DNA of 64,000 nucleotides from Chrysomallon squamiferum (Eukaryota; Animalia; Mollusca): NCBI GenBank assembly GCA_012295275.1, contig CM022675.1, positions 15,066,001 to 15,130,000 of the forward strand, read 5' to 3'. Shown piece by piece: positions 1 to 13,754 of this stretch (position 1 is its first letter; each line of letters starts with the position of its first letter). The notes under the pieces were generated by a model. It saw only the letters and a program-made list of their open reading frames with translations, ran no database searches and was not told where the DNA came from. The position numbers and the translations under genes were made by a program.

Positions 1-567
1 TTTTGTTTATTTTCTTATTCCTTTTAAAAGACTATTATTTCTATTATGATTTTCGAAAACAAAAATTGTCTTATATCGATCTTTCTTTAGTGTAATAAAG
101 ATTATAATAAAGGTTGTATGGATCTTTAAGTACTCTTTTCAAAACGATGCTCTTTGATGTATTCTTACTACTGTGAATGCATGAGTGTATGCGAGGTGGC
201 ACGCATTCAGTTCTTGTACGATGGTCCATTTGGGACAGATTATAATTACCTCTAATACATTAATTTTATCATATCTTAATAAATAAAAACACATCAAAGA
301 TGTTTACATGATCTAAATATGAGCTTCAGTGAAACAAGTAAAGAGAAAAAAATGACTGACTCGTTCCCACGCTCAGATGAAGCGTCGCTCGTAAAGACAT
401 TATATTAAAACAAGCCATCTATTTCCTACACATTAATGCAAAACATCTAGCAGCAATGAAAGCTGCAACATGATTTTCGATAATGACATGATTATGAGAG
501 TTTGGACGCGACATACATTGCAGTTATTTTGCCTATTACTAAGGATAAGTGCATTCATTACAGGATA

Positions 568-628
568 ATGGTGTGTTTGGTAAACATATTGACAGTCAGT
601 CTACTAATAATGATGTATTTCTGCACTG
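568..628 (+). CDS. Candidate first coding exon (signal peptide) of a secreted double-knottin / ITG-like (prohormone-3-like) precursor
   Basis: Acceptor-like ttcattacag ends at 563 and ATG is at 568. It encodes hydrophobic MVCLVNILTVSLLIMMYFCT, followed by a phase-1 donor g|gtaatc at 629. The link to the downstream exons is inferred. Confidence 0.55.
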
Positions 629-877
629 GTAATCGCCATTTGTTGCGATCATTATCCTCGTTATCCTGTCCATGCAGTCAGCCAAATTGAATGTCATCAC
701 GGATATGATGTCATAAACGGATATGTTATTATTGTATCAGACTGAAAGATTTGCTTTAAACCAAGTCTTTAATTGGACACGCATTAACAGTCGTCTTAAT
801 AAAACATGACGGTAATTAATTATCATTATTAACATCTTTCTAAACTAACATCCGTAAACGAAAAAGAAAAAGTTAAC

Positions 878-911
<34 letters not shown>

Positions 912-2431
912 GACACCCACCCATCTATCGCTCAGATATAGACATATACCTATAAAAACACCCATACACACGCATACACAAACATACTGACACAGAGAAA
1001 CACAAACATATACACATATACATACACATACATACACACGCATAAAGAAGTAAAATTAAACACAGCCAATAAATTGATTAAAACCTACATAACTTCAGAA
1101 AGCATCAGTCATTCGTTTTCAAAGTTCATTACATAGCATAGACGTCTACATGTCTTACGAGTGTCGAAATAATCACCTTAAAGTGTTTGTAGTAAACTTT
1201 TCAAAATATCTGGGACAAACATTAATCCCACTGTTTAGACTATTCTGAGATCATCCCAGAAATCTAAACAAACAAACAAACAAACAAAATAAATAAATAA
1301 ATACCAACAAATAGCCTAAGTATATTCTGCATAGTTATCATTTGACATTGGAATTAAATGTGAGTGACTAAGTATACTGTATTTACCTCTACTAACTAAA
1401 TCTTTAAATGAAGTTATTTTTATAAGCATTATTTCTATGTCTGCTAGTATTTTTGCGCTGTCTTTGAATAACTATTTCGACAGTTAAATTTAACGGTTAT
1501 GTGTAAATGAAGTAGAGAGAATAGTGTAAATTATGTGGCTTTTCCATCCTAAACTTCACAAACTGACGAGCTCTCTTCCCAAGGTCGTTCTTTATTGCAG
1601 CTATTCCAGCTCTGCACAAATGATATTGATTTATTTCTTCAGTTCGCAGATTACTCCGGACCTTTCGCTTTCCTTTTATTTATCACTTTGATTAACTGTA
1701 GTTATTAATATCTACTGTAGAGAGACTGACGCCTGAGTTACGTGAAACCTACACAGACGTAAACATTATTACTTAGAGTGAGTGAAAACCACGGAGTTAG
1801 TCAGACTGTTAGAACAATGTCAGACTGTTTACTGCTATTACTTACGTGCATAGAGGTGACAACACGGTATCGATTTTCGAAGATTTCTGAGATTTACTAT
1901 GTCCAAATAAAAGAGAAAAATTGTATTTGACCATTTCTCTGTATGTATTTGTGTATATGTGTATATTTATGGATATATATTATGTGTGAGTGTGTGTCTA
2001 CGTTATTATCTGCATATCAATGCATTTGTATTAAACCTGATTACAGTCACATTATTAAAAGGTCAAAGCTTTATTTTACATTTTTCTGCTTTATATATGG
2101 CCCACGTACTGATGTACAATTATTACTGAATTCACTCTGAAAAATTATTGTCGTAAATTAAACATTCTAATTACTTTAGTCAAAAATAAAGAGATTTAAA
2201 AAACAACACCATATTTAAGTGTTTGAACAATTCAGCTTATAACTAATATAAAATGTGTTTTTATTTTGGTTTATGTATGTAGTATATTGTCTAAATATCC
2301 CACATGTAACCTGTTTTCTGTCTTATAAGTAAAAAAATCAAAGACAAAGCAATATTTCAGTATCTCAGTGAGTGCTCATATTTTATATCGTCTACTCGGT
2401 CAGATTTCCAGCACGATGGTTATTTAAGTAG

Positions 2432-2475
2432 AATTTGCCTCTAACTATCAACTAAATTCAACTGAGGCTGTTTCG
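2432..2475 (+). CDS. Candidate linker exon of the same precursor: (E)FASNYQLNSTEAVS
   Basis: Tandem aag/tag acceptor ends at 2431 and donor gtaaat starts at 2476. It converts phase 1 to phase 0, as needed to join 568-628 to 3545. The pyrimidine tract is weak. Confidence 0.3.
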
Positions 2476-2914
2476 GTAAATCTGTAAATGTGTGATTGCT
2501 CGTTAAGCACCCAATAACGCCCCCAACTATAACCTTGATTATTTGCTATTTTGGAAAAGTATACATCAATACGCTGTAATGAAAAGTCACGCTGAGTTGA
2601 ACTTTTGTTATTGGGCAAATATAATTTTATACAATGCTAAGGAACATACAGACTTCGCACAGACTAAATTGTTTATTGACCGCAACTTCTAAATGACGCG
2701 GAAAACTAATTTAAAAAAGGTCGACAGTATCTGATACAGGACGAACTTCATTTTTACATTCTTCCCCTTTTCGTAATTGTTTCTTAAAGATTTGTTTTTT
2801 TTCTGATCACTGAACAGTTATTACTTTGTGATCTGGTCTTATTTATTGGATAATCAATTTCACACACTGTCGTCCATACAGCACTTTATAGTGTAACTTT
2901 GGTGATAACAGTAA

Positions 2915-2972
<58 letters not shown>

Positions 2973-3544
2973 CACACACACAAATACACTTCCAAGTTAT
3001 GATTTATTATTATTATTTTTTTCTTATTTGTCTGGGTTTTTTCCACCGTACAACCTTAACAAATAACGAAGCATAATAAAAGAAATTTGTCTAGACATTA
3101 CTATCTTCGTGTCCCCATTTTTCTGAATTTGAGTTATCATCACGTCTATGGCAGACAAATTTATTCTAAAGTTTCATCTAGTGAAAAATACAGCGATCAT
3201 GTCACGACCCGAAGGCTGGCAAATTTTTTGTAACAGTAAACTTTTGTTATTAGTAATGACTGTTGGCCCAAAGCACTTGAATAATAATAAACAGAAAGTA
3301 TCTTTTAAGTATTTTATTGGACCATTTATTCGAAGCGCTACAGATACACAGAGAAGATGTTTCTTAAGTATAACCTACAACTATACTGGCAGTGAAAAAA
3401 CATTAGTTTAGAACTTTTCATTCATATGTGTATGTGTGTATGTGAGAGTGTGTGACACGCATTGAAGTACATCTTAAAATGAAAACATAAAGCACACATA
3501 CAAAGTAAATGAATGGTACTAATCGTTTATGTTTTCTCTTTCAG

Positions 3545-3623
3545 TGTGGGAAAACTGGACAGGCGTGTATACAGACCAGTCAGTGCTGCAGTTTGTCAGA
3601 CGTCTGTCTCAGTCCTGAGAAAG
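3545..3623 (+). CDS. Exon encoding knottin module 1: CGKTGQACIQTSQCCSLSDVCLSPEK
   Basis: Strong acceptor ttttctctttcag ends at 3544. The Cys pattern is C-x6-C-x5-CC-x5-C. The phase-1 donor g|gttata matches the next exon's phase. Confidence 0.85.
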
Positions 3624-3740
3624 GTTATACATTTACGTCTCTCGGTGTGTACGTTTGTAGATGTGTGTTTGTATGTATGTATGTATGTATGGATGGATGG
3701 ATGTATGTATGTATGTATATATATATGTGTGTGTGTGTGT

Positions 3741-3779
<39 letters not shown>

Positions 3780-4180
3780 GACTGGTTATGTTACGTATGT
3801 AAACATGTATGTATGTTGGTATTTTCAAACATTTTTGCCTTCTGAGAAGGTCATTGCTATATGTAGATGAACTTTTGATATAGTTCAGTTCGTTTTCTAA
3901 TAAGCTGATAAACATGTATTCGTTATATAAACAGAATAATGACTATAAGTGAATATTTCTGTCTATCACTAGAAACACGGTTTGAGAGTGTACTCAACAA
4001 TAGTTTGTTTATAAACTACATTAGATACTCTCTATAAATAGATAGCAAGAAAACTGTATTGTCTTTGTCAATAGGTGAGTTACTTGTCTTGAAAGCTTTG
4101 TTAATTACTGAACCTTCAACTGAATAGAGAAGACGCACTTGAAAACTTGAATATCTTTTTTTTTCTTTCTTTTTTTCCAG

Positions 4181-4255
4181 ACAAGAAAAGCAGTATTGCC
4201 ACATGCCAGGACATGACTAAACTCGCAAGATTTGCCAATCCATACAAATATGCAG
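4181..4255 (+). CDS. Internal exon (D)KKSSIATCQDMTKLARFANPYKYA, supplying the sixth Cys of module 1
   Basis: Long polypyrimidine tract plus ccag acceptor at 4180. 75-nt open exon, phase 1 to phase 1, with donor cag|gtaatt. Confidence 0.85.
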
Positions 4256-4571
4256 GTAATTTAACCTAGTCATTATACGTATTTGTATTTTTCAGTCCTT
4301 TTCATATGATCAAGTCAAAAGAGGGAATCCGTCAAACAGTTAAAGTATTTTTACTTGATACATTTAAAATGTTTTAATTAGTCCATTTATTATGTACGTA
4401 CTGTTTACAGATTAGAACATTTTTCCATTTCTTTGTTACTTCGTATTCGATTTTTTTTTTTTTTGGAACTAATATGGAAATGATAAAATATCATTATGAA
4501 TTAAATCATTACAAAATGAAATAAAATATTGTTAGGTGATATTCATGTACATCAAAATTAGAATCTAAACA

Positions 4572-4614
<43 letters not shown>

Positions 4615-5399
4615 TATTGCTGTTGTTGTTGTTTCCTTCAGTAAGCATGGATGTCAGTTAAAAAAATGTTTGTTTGCTGCTGTACACTTTTTTCTGTCGT
4701 CAGTTTTAGGACAGACTCAATAAGCTCTTTAATATTGTATAATATAATTATTAAATTTTACTCTCTTTATTACTTCAAATCGTGAAACAGCTTTTCTTGA
4801 TTTCCTTCGAATTTCTTCTGATGGTTTGTGTGTCACTATAACCAAATTTGTTCACCAACCATAGTGTGAAACAAAGAGAACAGATAAGAAAAAGGCTGAA
4901 TCCTGTTTACCGTGCTTGCAGATTATATCATTTTATCGTAATATGATAAATATATATAATTCATCGATCGAATTTTAAATCAGTTTCTTTAGTTGTTTAA
5001 TATTATAGAACGTATTATTAATAAACTGATAACCTGCTTCCAGGATACGAATACAAATGCTTGCAAAATTAATGTTTATAATTAACATTATATAAAATGT
5101 GTTCTACAATGCTAACGTTATGCGCCCTGACTTCCAGTGTGTTAGAGGTAAAAATGTAAACACGAGTAACAGAAGCTGTTGTTTACTCCACTTTTTATTT
5201 AAATATGTAAATACTCACATGTAGGTAGATTGTTATTCGATACCGTCGTCATTTTGCCATCATATGAACACGTCCGAAAGTCCTCACTGTGTTTTATTGT
5301 TGTTGTCTTATTTTCTCAGATAAAAAAAAATAAAAAAACAACAACATAATGCCCTGTTTTAATATAGGATATACTAGTACACTGAACTTGTTGTTTCAG

Positions 5400-5596
5400 G
5401 AGAAACTTGTTCTGATAGTCTAGAGTGTTTGGATTTGTGTTGCCGAGTGGTGAGAGGTCACCGTTTCCGGGGTTACATCTGCGGCAAACCGGAAGATCGC
5501 TGGATTTCCTACAGTTGTCTACGTGGCAGAAGAAGTGAAAATGACGTCATAGATTCAGTTGGGTTCGGACGCAAAGTCTACAACAATTTCAAATAA
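5400..5596 (+). CDS. Terminal coding exon: Cys module 2 and C-terminal peptide, (G)ETCSDSLECLDLCCRVVRGHRFRGYICGKPEDRWISYSCLRGRRSENDVIDSVGFGRKVYNNFK*
   Basis: Acceptor ttgtttcag at 5399, in phase with the previous exon. Six Cys (C-x5-C-x3-CC-x12-C-x11-C) and stop TAA at 5594-5596. From recall, the C..S.EC..LCC....HR...C pattern resembles the last module of ITG-like/prohormone-3 precursors. Confidence 0.88.
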
Positions 5597-6051
5597 TGAG
5601 GGTAATCCATTCCTGAGATCAGTTATAAGAAATCTATAATCTGATTGTTTCATTAGATAACCATCTGAAACCAGTAACTTTTGCAGTTGTTCTCTATCTT
5701 GCAGATTATTGTATCCTCACTTGTTCCTTGCAGTTTACATCGATCTAGTTAATATTATGTTGTCACAATAGATAATGAAAATAACAGAAAGTCTTCAGTT
5801 TTATTTACTAGTGAAGTACATCTACATAAATAATTTTATTCATTAAAAGTTGAAAAATAAATTTGAGTGAATTAAGAAATATGTCAGTATGAAATTTTTA
5901 TAATTTTACTTCTTTTGTTTTAAAAATAAAATAACTGGTTAACAAAAAATTAATTATGAAAATATACAAACTTAATATTTAATGTCATTTTTGCTCTTTC
6001 GAAATACCACGACTGGAAAGCTCAAATAGATTATATGCACTTTCTGTTTTG

Positions 6052-6057
6052 AATAAA
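6052..6057 (+). terminator. Candidate polyadenylation signal (AATAAA) of the peptide precursor gene
   Basis: AATAAA followed by a T/GT-rich tract about 20-30 nt downstream. An alternative AATAAA lies at 5856. AT-rich context makes both ambiguous. Confidence 0.35.
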
Positions 6058-6240
6058 ATAATTTAAAATACAGTCGTATTTTTATTGTTAAATATATAGA
6101 CTGCATTGTCACTTACGTGTTTGTCTTTTTCACTTTTAGTATCAAACTTATTCTAAGTTTTACTAAATTATTCAAACATATACAAAATTTACATTAAATT
6201 ACAATTGCACCAAGACACTCCTCTTGCAATGAATTATTGT

Positions 6241-6812
6241 AACTTACGTTACGTTACTCCACCTAGAACCAAATTACACTAATTTACATTAAGTCACACT
6301 ACCTATAACCAAATTACACTAACTTACATTATATTACTCTACCCACAACCAAATTACATTAACTTACATTACGTTACTCTACCCACAACCAAAATACACC
6401 AACTTACATTATGTTACTCTACCCACAACCAAACTACACCAACTTACATTACGTTACTCTACCCACAACCAAACTACACCAACTTACATTACGTTACTCT
6501 ACCCACAACCAAACTACACCAACTTACATTACGTTACTCTACCCACAACCAAATTACACTAAGTTACATTATGTTACTCTACCAACAACCAAATTACACT
6601 AAATTACATTATGTTCCTCTGCCAACAACAAAATTACACTAAATTACATTACGTTACTCTACCCACAACCAAATTACACTATGTTACATTATGTTACTCT
6701 ACCCACAACCAAATTACACTAACTTACATTATGTTCCTGTACCAACAACAAAATTACACTAATTTATATTACGTTACTCTACCTATAACCAAACTACACT
6801 AACTTATATTAA
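6241..6812. repeat. 40-bp minisatellite, about 14 copies (aacttacattacgttactctacccacaaccaaattacact)
   Basis: Directly visible tandem units with point variants. Confidence 0.95.
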
Positions 6813-8739
6813 CTTAGACTAAATTACTCTTACACTAAATTACACTAAAGTATTGTGACTTGCATTACAGTATTCTAATGTACACTACATGGTAGACATG
6901 AAAACAATATATATCCATTGTAAACAGAAAAGACAATAATATTAAACATATTTTATAATCATATAAATAAATAAATATTTAAAAAGTGAAAATAAAATTA
7001 TATAAATTAAAAAAAAAACATAATAATAAATAATAAATAAATAAATAAATAAAATTTAAAGAAAAAGACAATAAAAAAAAAAAACATCTTACTACAGAAC
7101 TAAAGGCGAATTGAAACAGCAAAACAGAAGTTTTTACTGACGAAATTAAATAAATTTCGATAAAGAAAATTTCAGTCTAATGTTTAAATGATCATTGGCA
7201 CATTGACCATAAGCCAGATTTGTCTGTCTCTCTATAAGATACTCCGACAACAACTAATTTGTTTCTTACCGAAATCAGAGAACAGTATATCAGTAATGAT
7301 GTTCTCATTTTAGTACATAATTAGTGAAACAATGATTGTAGAACATCTCCTTTAAAACTAGTAATGTCTGTAATTATCTATGTCGTCTAAAGGTAAAGCT
7401 ACATTACATTCATTGCTTTTAAATTGCTATTCATTAAGTATTGGCATGCCGTAATGATAAATAAAAAGCAGTGGACTTTACAAAACAAATTCAATTACAT
7501 AATTAAAATGTTTAACATGTAAATCAATAGTAAATCAAAACGCTACTGCTGCTATTCTAGTCTCTTATAGATTATTTCAAACTAAAATATATAAAAAAAT
7601 TCATTTCAAAAATGCATCTAGGCAAATATATGTATACTGCTTGTCAAACAAAGAAAATATTAAATTGTATTCATTAGTGACTTATCTGCAACAATATTAA
7701 TTAAAAATTAAATTTATTATTATTGTTATTACAGATACTGGTTTGTGTATAAATGTTTTTTTGAAGTTCAAGTATTTAATGTCTTAGTGCTGTATCGCTG
7801 TATCTGTTGGTTTTATAAGAAAAACAAAACGGATAACAAAGCTGCGGAGTGAAGCTAAGTTCAGTTAAGCAGATGCAAACGTCAAGAGATCTCCGCACAT
7901 ATAAAACAATCGCTCGATTAAATGTAGGAAACATTGATCATGGTCAAATTGCTCTCATTACGCCTCAAAGCTGACATAAACGTATCAGGCTGCACACTGT
8001 TATATATGAACTTTAGAACTAACACGTGGAAACACGTTTTAGTCGGCCCACCGCAAAATAGAAACTTTTAGTTATAAAATGTATAAAATGGCAATAAAAA
8101 AGTATGAAACAATTACAAGAACCTTCTCTACGATAGACAGACTTGCATGAAAGATGTAAATAAAACTGAGAGTTGGCACAGTTTTTACTTTTTAGTCTGA
8201 GCATGGGAATTGAGTTTGGTAACTCACATTATAAAGAGCTGTGCGGATTTAAAACCTTTCTCCGAAGGAAATAAGGGAAATGAGTGTTCTGTGAATATGG
8301 AGATATCTTTTCTTCTTGTTTTATGTTCATAATTAATAACAGTAAAGTTTAACTTATGTAAAATATTATTTTGAATAAATATGAATATTATTTTTGATTT
8401 CAGTTTCAAACATTTACTTTTATGTCTCAGTAATTATGTAGAAAAAGCTAAAAAATTAATAATAATAATAACAACAACAACAATGATGATAATAATAATA
8501 ATAAAAACACTGTTGATAAATAAATTGAAATCAATTTTATTTATTATAATTATCCTTTTTTTAATATAATTTTCCAGTAGAAGAAAAACTGAAGGGGAAT
8601 AAATTAATGATTCCTCAAATTTGACAAAATCAATACAGTAAAATGTTTATACATCTAAAACCGATTTTATGAGAAATGATGATTTTGAAAAGGTCACTGA
8701 ATATGTCAGGCGAACATAATGCTAATCATATTTAGCCGC

Positions 8740-9200
8740 CAGCTTCATTTTTACTTAGTAATAGATGCTCATTTAGTAGAATTCATGCGGTAACTAGGAA
8801 CTGCGAACAGTCATCACATCGTAGGCGTCTGCTACAAATTGGCAGCCATCGGGCCGCGGGATGTGTGGCCTGAGCGGTAACTACTTTTTCGTGTTTAGAA
8901 TCATCACGTGCTTCCACTAACCGCTTGTTTCTTGGCCTCTGGCGCCTCTTCAGCAAAACCAATTTGCTTGTCTCTGCATAGAATCCTCAGAAATATTGAT
9001 GCACTAAGAAAATTTGCCCTCGGTCTCACTTACGGTATACTTGTTATATAAATTGTTATTGAATTGCGCCAGTAATTCCCCGTTTAGCGTGTCTTCTCAA
9101 TATTGATTTAGAATATTACCAGCAATTAACAAGCTTCTTCTAAAGAGTGCTGTTTAATCGTCTGGAACTAGAAACAAAAATACAGACATTTTACCGCAAC
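8740..9200 (-). mobile_element. Possible highly decayed RTE-clade LINE 3' fragment
   Basis: Minus-strand translation with stops gives ...AGNIL...LNGEL...W...KRRQRPR...CDDC, loosely like the RTE ORF2 C-terminus (GHV...LYGEL...CxxC). GC content is elevated. Confidence 0.25.
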
Positions 9201-9429
9201 GGAACACTTAGAGAGGACACCTTCAGACGCCCATTAACACTGACAAACACATGTACCCACATAAACACACAGATGTATGTACTACACTTTTTAACTGTGG
9301 CTTTAATAAATCTCGCTAATTCAAGACAAACAGGTGCTTTAGAAACAAGAGCAATTAGATATTGTTAAAAAAAAAAAATAATAATCATAATAAAAAATAA
9401 AAAAAATAAAAAAATAATAATAATAATAA

Positions 9430-9492
<63 letters not shown>

Positions 9493-9568
9493 CAAAGTCA
9501 CTGAAGATAAAATTAATAAGGTGACCAACTAAAAAAAAGAAAAAAAAAAAAAAAAAAAAAGGAAAACA

Positions 9569-9605
<37 letters not shown>

Positions 9606-11310
9606 GCTTGGCTGGTAGTTGTTAAAGCAATCTGAGGCTGAAGTTACGCGTGACTACAGAAATGTAAAATGCTGACAACAAGGCTGTCAGGCTACAAAGT
9701 CAGTGTGGAGTTGTTTGTAATGTGCAAATCGTAAGACTTCTGTACAGGGATTCCAAACTACACCTCTGTACTAAAAATCTGAATATTATCAATAATGCCA
9801 GTCATTCAACTTCTGCATAGAAAATAACGTTTATTATTGGTCTGTGACGGCCAATTTCTTTTTCTGTGTTACTGCCAACCAGCGGAATTCGAAAGTGACG
9901 AACATGAAAATAAAATGCAGATTTCTATTTTTTGTTTTTTTTTGTTTTTTTTTGTGCTTTTTTTAATAAGACTTCCAGTGTCTAGCAATTACTGCTGTTC
10001 AACTGTCAGGCATGGAATCCCTGTAGAAACTAGATGATTGTTCCCAGTTAAACACGAAATGAAATAACGGCACTTTGGAGGACACCAAGCAACCATAAAC
10101 CACTGCATTTCAATATCCACTGTGACTGCTTTTAGAAGCACGAAAGGAAATCTCTAACAGTTTATTATCGAGTTTTTGTATTTTCTGCAAGTTTTTCAAG
10201 CTGAGAGTGAAGTCACTTACTTTGTACTCCTTCAGTGTTACGGAATTCACTGCAGATCGATAACATTCTCTTTGAGTAAAACAGAAAAAGAAGAAAATGA
10301 ATAAATAATTACCTATATGGCAAGTGGAAGTTTTATTCATTACATTATTAATACATTTTTTTTTTTCGTTTGTCTGTATTAAATGCTTCTGAAATAAATA
10401 AATAAATATTAATAACAATAATAGCTTATATTATTTGTATACCGTATTTTTATTTATAAATGATAATTCCTTTCTAAAAATAACTTATGCCTTTGTATGT
10501 TTTAAATTTCTAATTCGTAGTGCACTGGAAAAAGCATGTTTTAACAGTTAACATAAAACATGTTGTTAGTAAACAAACATTCGTTCCTTTATAGATTATT
10601 AAAATCTTTACAGTAATTTACCTACATGTCAGTAAACTGTTCTTTTTAGGCGAAAAAATATCTCATTTGTTCACTGTTTCTAGATATAAAGGTACGTAAG
10701 ATAAGCTAGTTACTTTGAACAATTCCATGTAATACCAGATTAAATCACGGAAATACGGAGCATATATATGAGGAAAAATGTCTTCAAGAATTTAAATTCG
10801 CTCCTGTTTACACAGTACTACGTTAAAACTCTCTAAATCTAAATTTGTACACTGTTTCTCATTTCCATCTGATTATCTTATTAATTTCTGGTACCAACCT
10901 TTGTTAATAATAAAATGTGATAAGGATAATAATACGTCCCCTGTGATTCAGGAGTGTTTCTGTTTTCGTTTCTTCTCCATGAAAAAAACCCATTAATTAC
11001 TTTGCCGCGATGTTTAAAAAAAATCAACAATAAAACAACAACAAACAAACAAACAAAACCTAATAACCTGCTCTAACTGAAACGGGACACGACTGATTAT
11101 AAAAGTTAGTGGCTAGAAAAAAATGTATGACATAGTTAACTACAAAAAAAAAAAAAAAAATCCCCAAGACACAAACATTAATACAGTTACACAGAGTATT
11201 CAAATTAATTTATTTTATTCACTTAATTACTGTTCAGTACCAATTAGTGGTTCCAGTATATCACACACTACTCTTTTATTTATTTATTTATTTATTTATA
11301 TATACTCTCT

Positions 11311-11431
<121 letters not shown>

Positions 11432-12008
11432 AACCTGCTGCGATAATAATAATAATAAGAAGAGGAAGAAGAAGAAGAAGAAAAAAGAAGAAGACGAAGA
11501 AAAAGAGCCAGTAAAATAATAAGAAAGAAAGCTTAGTAACAAACAATCACGTTTTGTGATATATAAATATTTTTTAATAAATGAATAAATAAATAATTAT
11601 AATGAAATGATTTTAAAACATGCGTAACACACAAATTGTTTCTGTAGAATGTTCTATAGTGACTGAGTCCATACTGCTTACATGTGTAATGTGTTGTTTA
11701 TTCACAGTATTACTGCTGCTACTACTGCCATTTCAACTACAACAATTATTGCTATTATTTTTGATACTATTTCTACCACTACTGTTACTGGTACTACAAG
11801 TACTAGTTATTTCAATATTCTTAATAGTAGTAGTAATAGTAGAAGTAGTAATTAGTAGTAATAGCAAAAGCAATAGTAAATAAAGTGATTGAATTAACAA
11901 TGGTAACAGTAGTTATGGTGTTATGGTGATGATAGCAGTAATAGTAACATTAGTAGCAGTAATAGTAGTAATAGCTGTAGTAATAGTAGTAGTAATACTG
12001 AGGATACC

Positions 12009-13754
12009 CACACAGAGAGACACTCACACACACACAGAGACACACACGCAGATACACACACACAGAGACACTCACACACACACAGACACACACACAGTAC
12101 ACACACACAGAGAGACACTCACACACACAGACACACACTCAGAGACACTCACACACAGAGAGACACACACACAGACACACACACAGAGACACACACACAC
12201 AGAGACACACACAGACACACACACAGAGACAGACACAGACACACACAGACACACACACAGAGACACTCACACACAGAGACACTCACACACACAGAGACAC
12301 TCACACACACACACGGACACACACACAGAGACACTCACACACACACAAAGAGACACTCACACACACAGACACACACAGAGATACTCACAGACACACACAC
12401 AGAGGCACTCACACACACAGACACATACACAGAGACACTCACACACACAAAGAGACACTCACACACACAAAGACACACACAGAGACACTCACACACAGAC
12501 ATACTCACACACAGAGAAACACACACACACACAGAGACACTCACACATACAAGAGACACACACAGAGACACTCACACACAGACACACAGAGACACTCACA
12601 CACAGAGACACAGAGACACACACACAGACACACACACAGAGACACTCACACACACAGACACACACACAGAGACACTCACACACAGAGAGACACACACACA
12701 CAGACACACACACAGAGACACACACACACAGAGACACACACAGACACACACACAGAGACAGACACAGACACACACAGACACACACACAGAGACACTCACA
12801 CACAGAGAGACACTCACACACACAGAGACACTCACACACACACGGACACACACACAGACACACTCACACACACAAAGAGACACTCACACACACACACACA
12901 CAGAGATACTCACAGACACACACACAGAGGCACTCACACACACAGACACATACACAGAGACACTCACACACACACAAAGAGACACTCACACACAAAAGAC
13001 ACACACAGAGACACTCACACACAGACATACTCACACACACACAGAGAAACACACACACACACAGAGACACTCACACATACAAAGACACACACAGAGACAC
13101 TCACACACAGACACACAGAGACACTCACACACAGAGACACAGAGACACACACACAGACACACACACAGAGACACTCACACACAGCGACACACACACAGAG
13201 ACACTCACACACACAGACACACACACAGAGACACTCACACACAGACACTCACACACACACAGAGACACTCACACAAACAGAGACACTCACACACACAGAC
13301 ACACACACACAGTCACACACACAGAGACACTCACCCACACAGACATACACACACAGAGAGACACACACACACAGACACACACACACACACAGTCACACAC
13401 ACACAGAGACACTCACACACACAGTCACACACACACACAGACACACACACACACACACACACACACAGAGACACACAGACACACACAGAGACACTCACAC
13501 ACAGACACACACACAGACACTTACAGACACACACACACACCCAGACACACACACACACACACACAGATATACTCACACACACAGAGACACACACACACAC
13601 AAAGACACACACACAGAGACACTCACACACAGACTCACACACACACAGACACACACACACAGACACACACTCACAGACACACACACACACAGACACACAC
13701 ACACAGACACACACACAGACACACACACAGACACACACACACACACACACACAC
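12009..13754. repeat. Cryptic (CA)/(GA) satellite block 1 with higher-order repetition
   Basis: Built from acacacagagacactc-type units. Marker variants (gagatactc, gaggcactc, gagaaacac) recur about 525 bp apart. Confidence 0.95.

Noticed and set aside
6241-6812. Regularly spaced repeats as a possible CRISPR array or repeat protein
   Set aside because: Head-to-tail 40-bp units have no unique spacers, 40 is not a multiple of 3, the context is eukaryotic and there are no cas genes.
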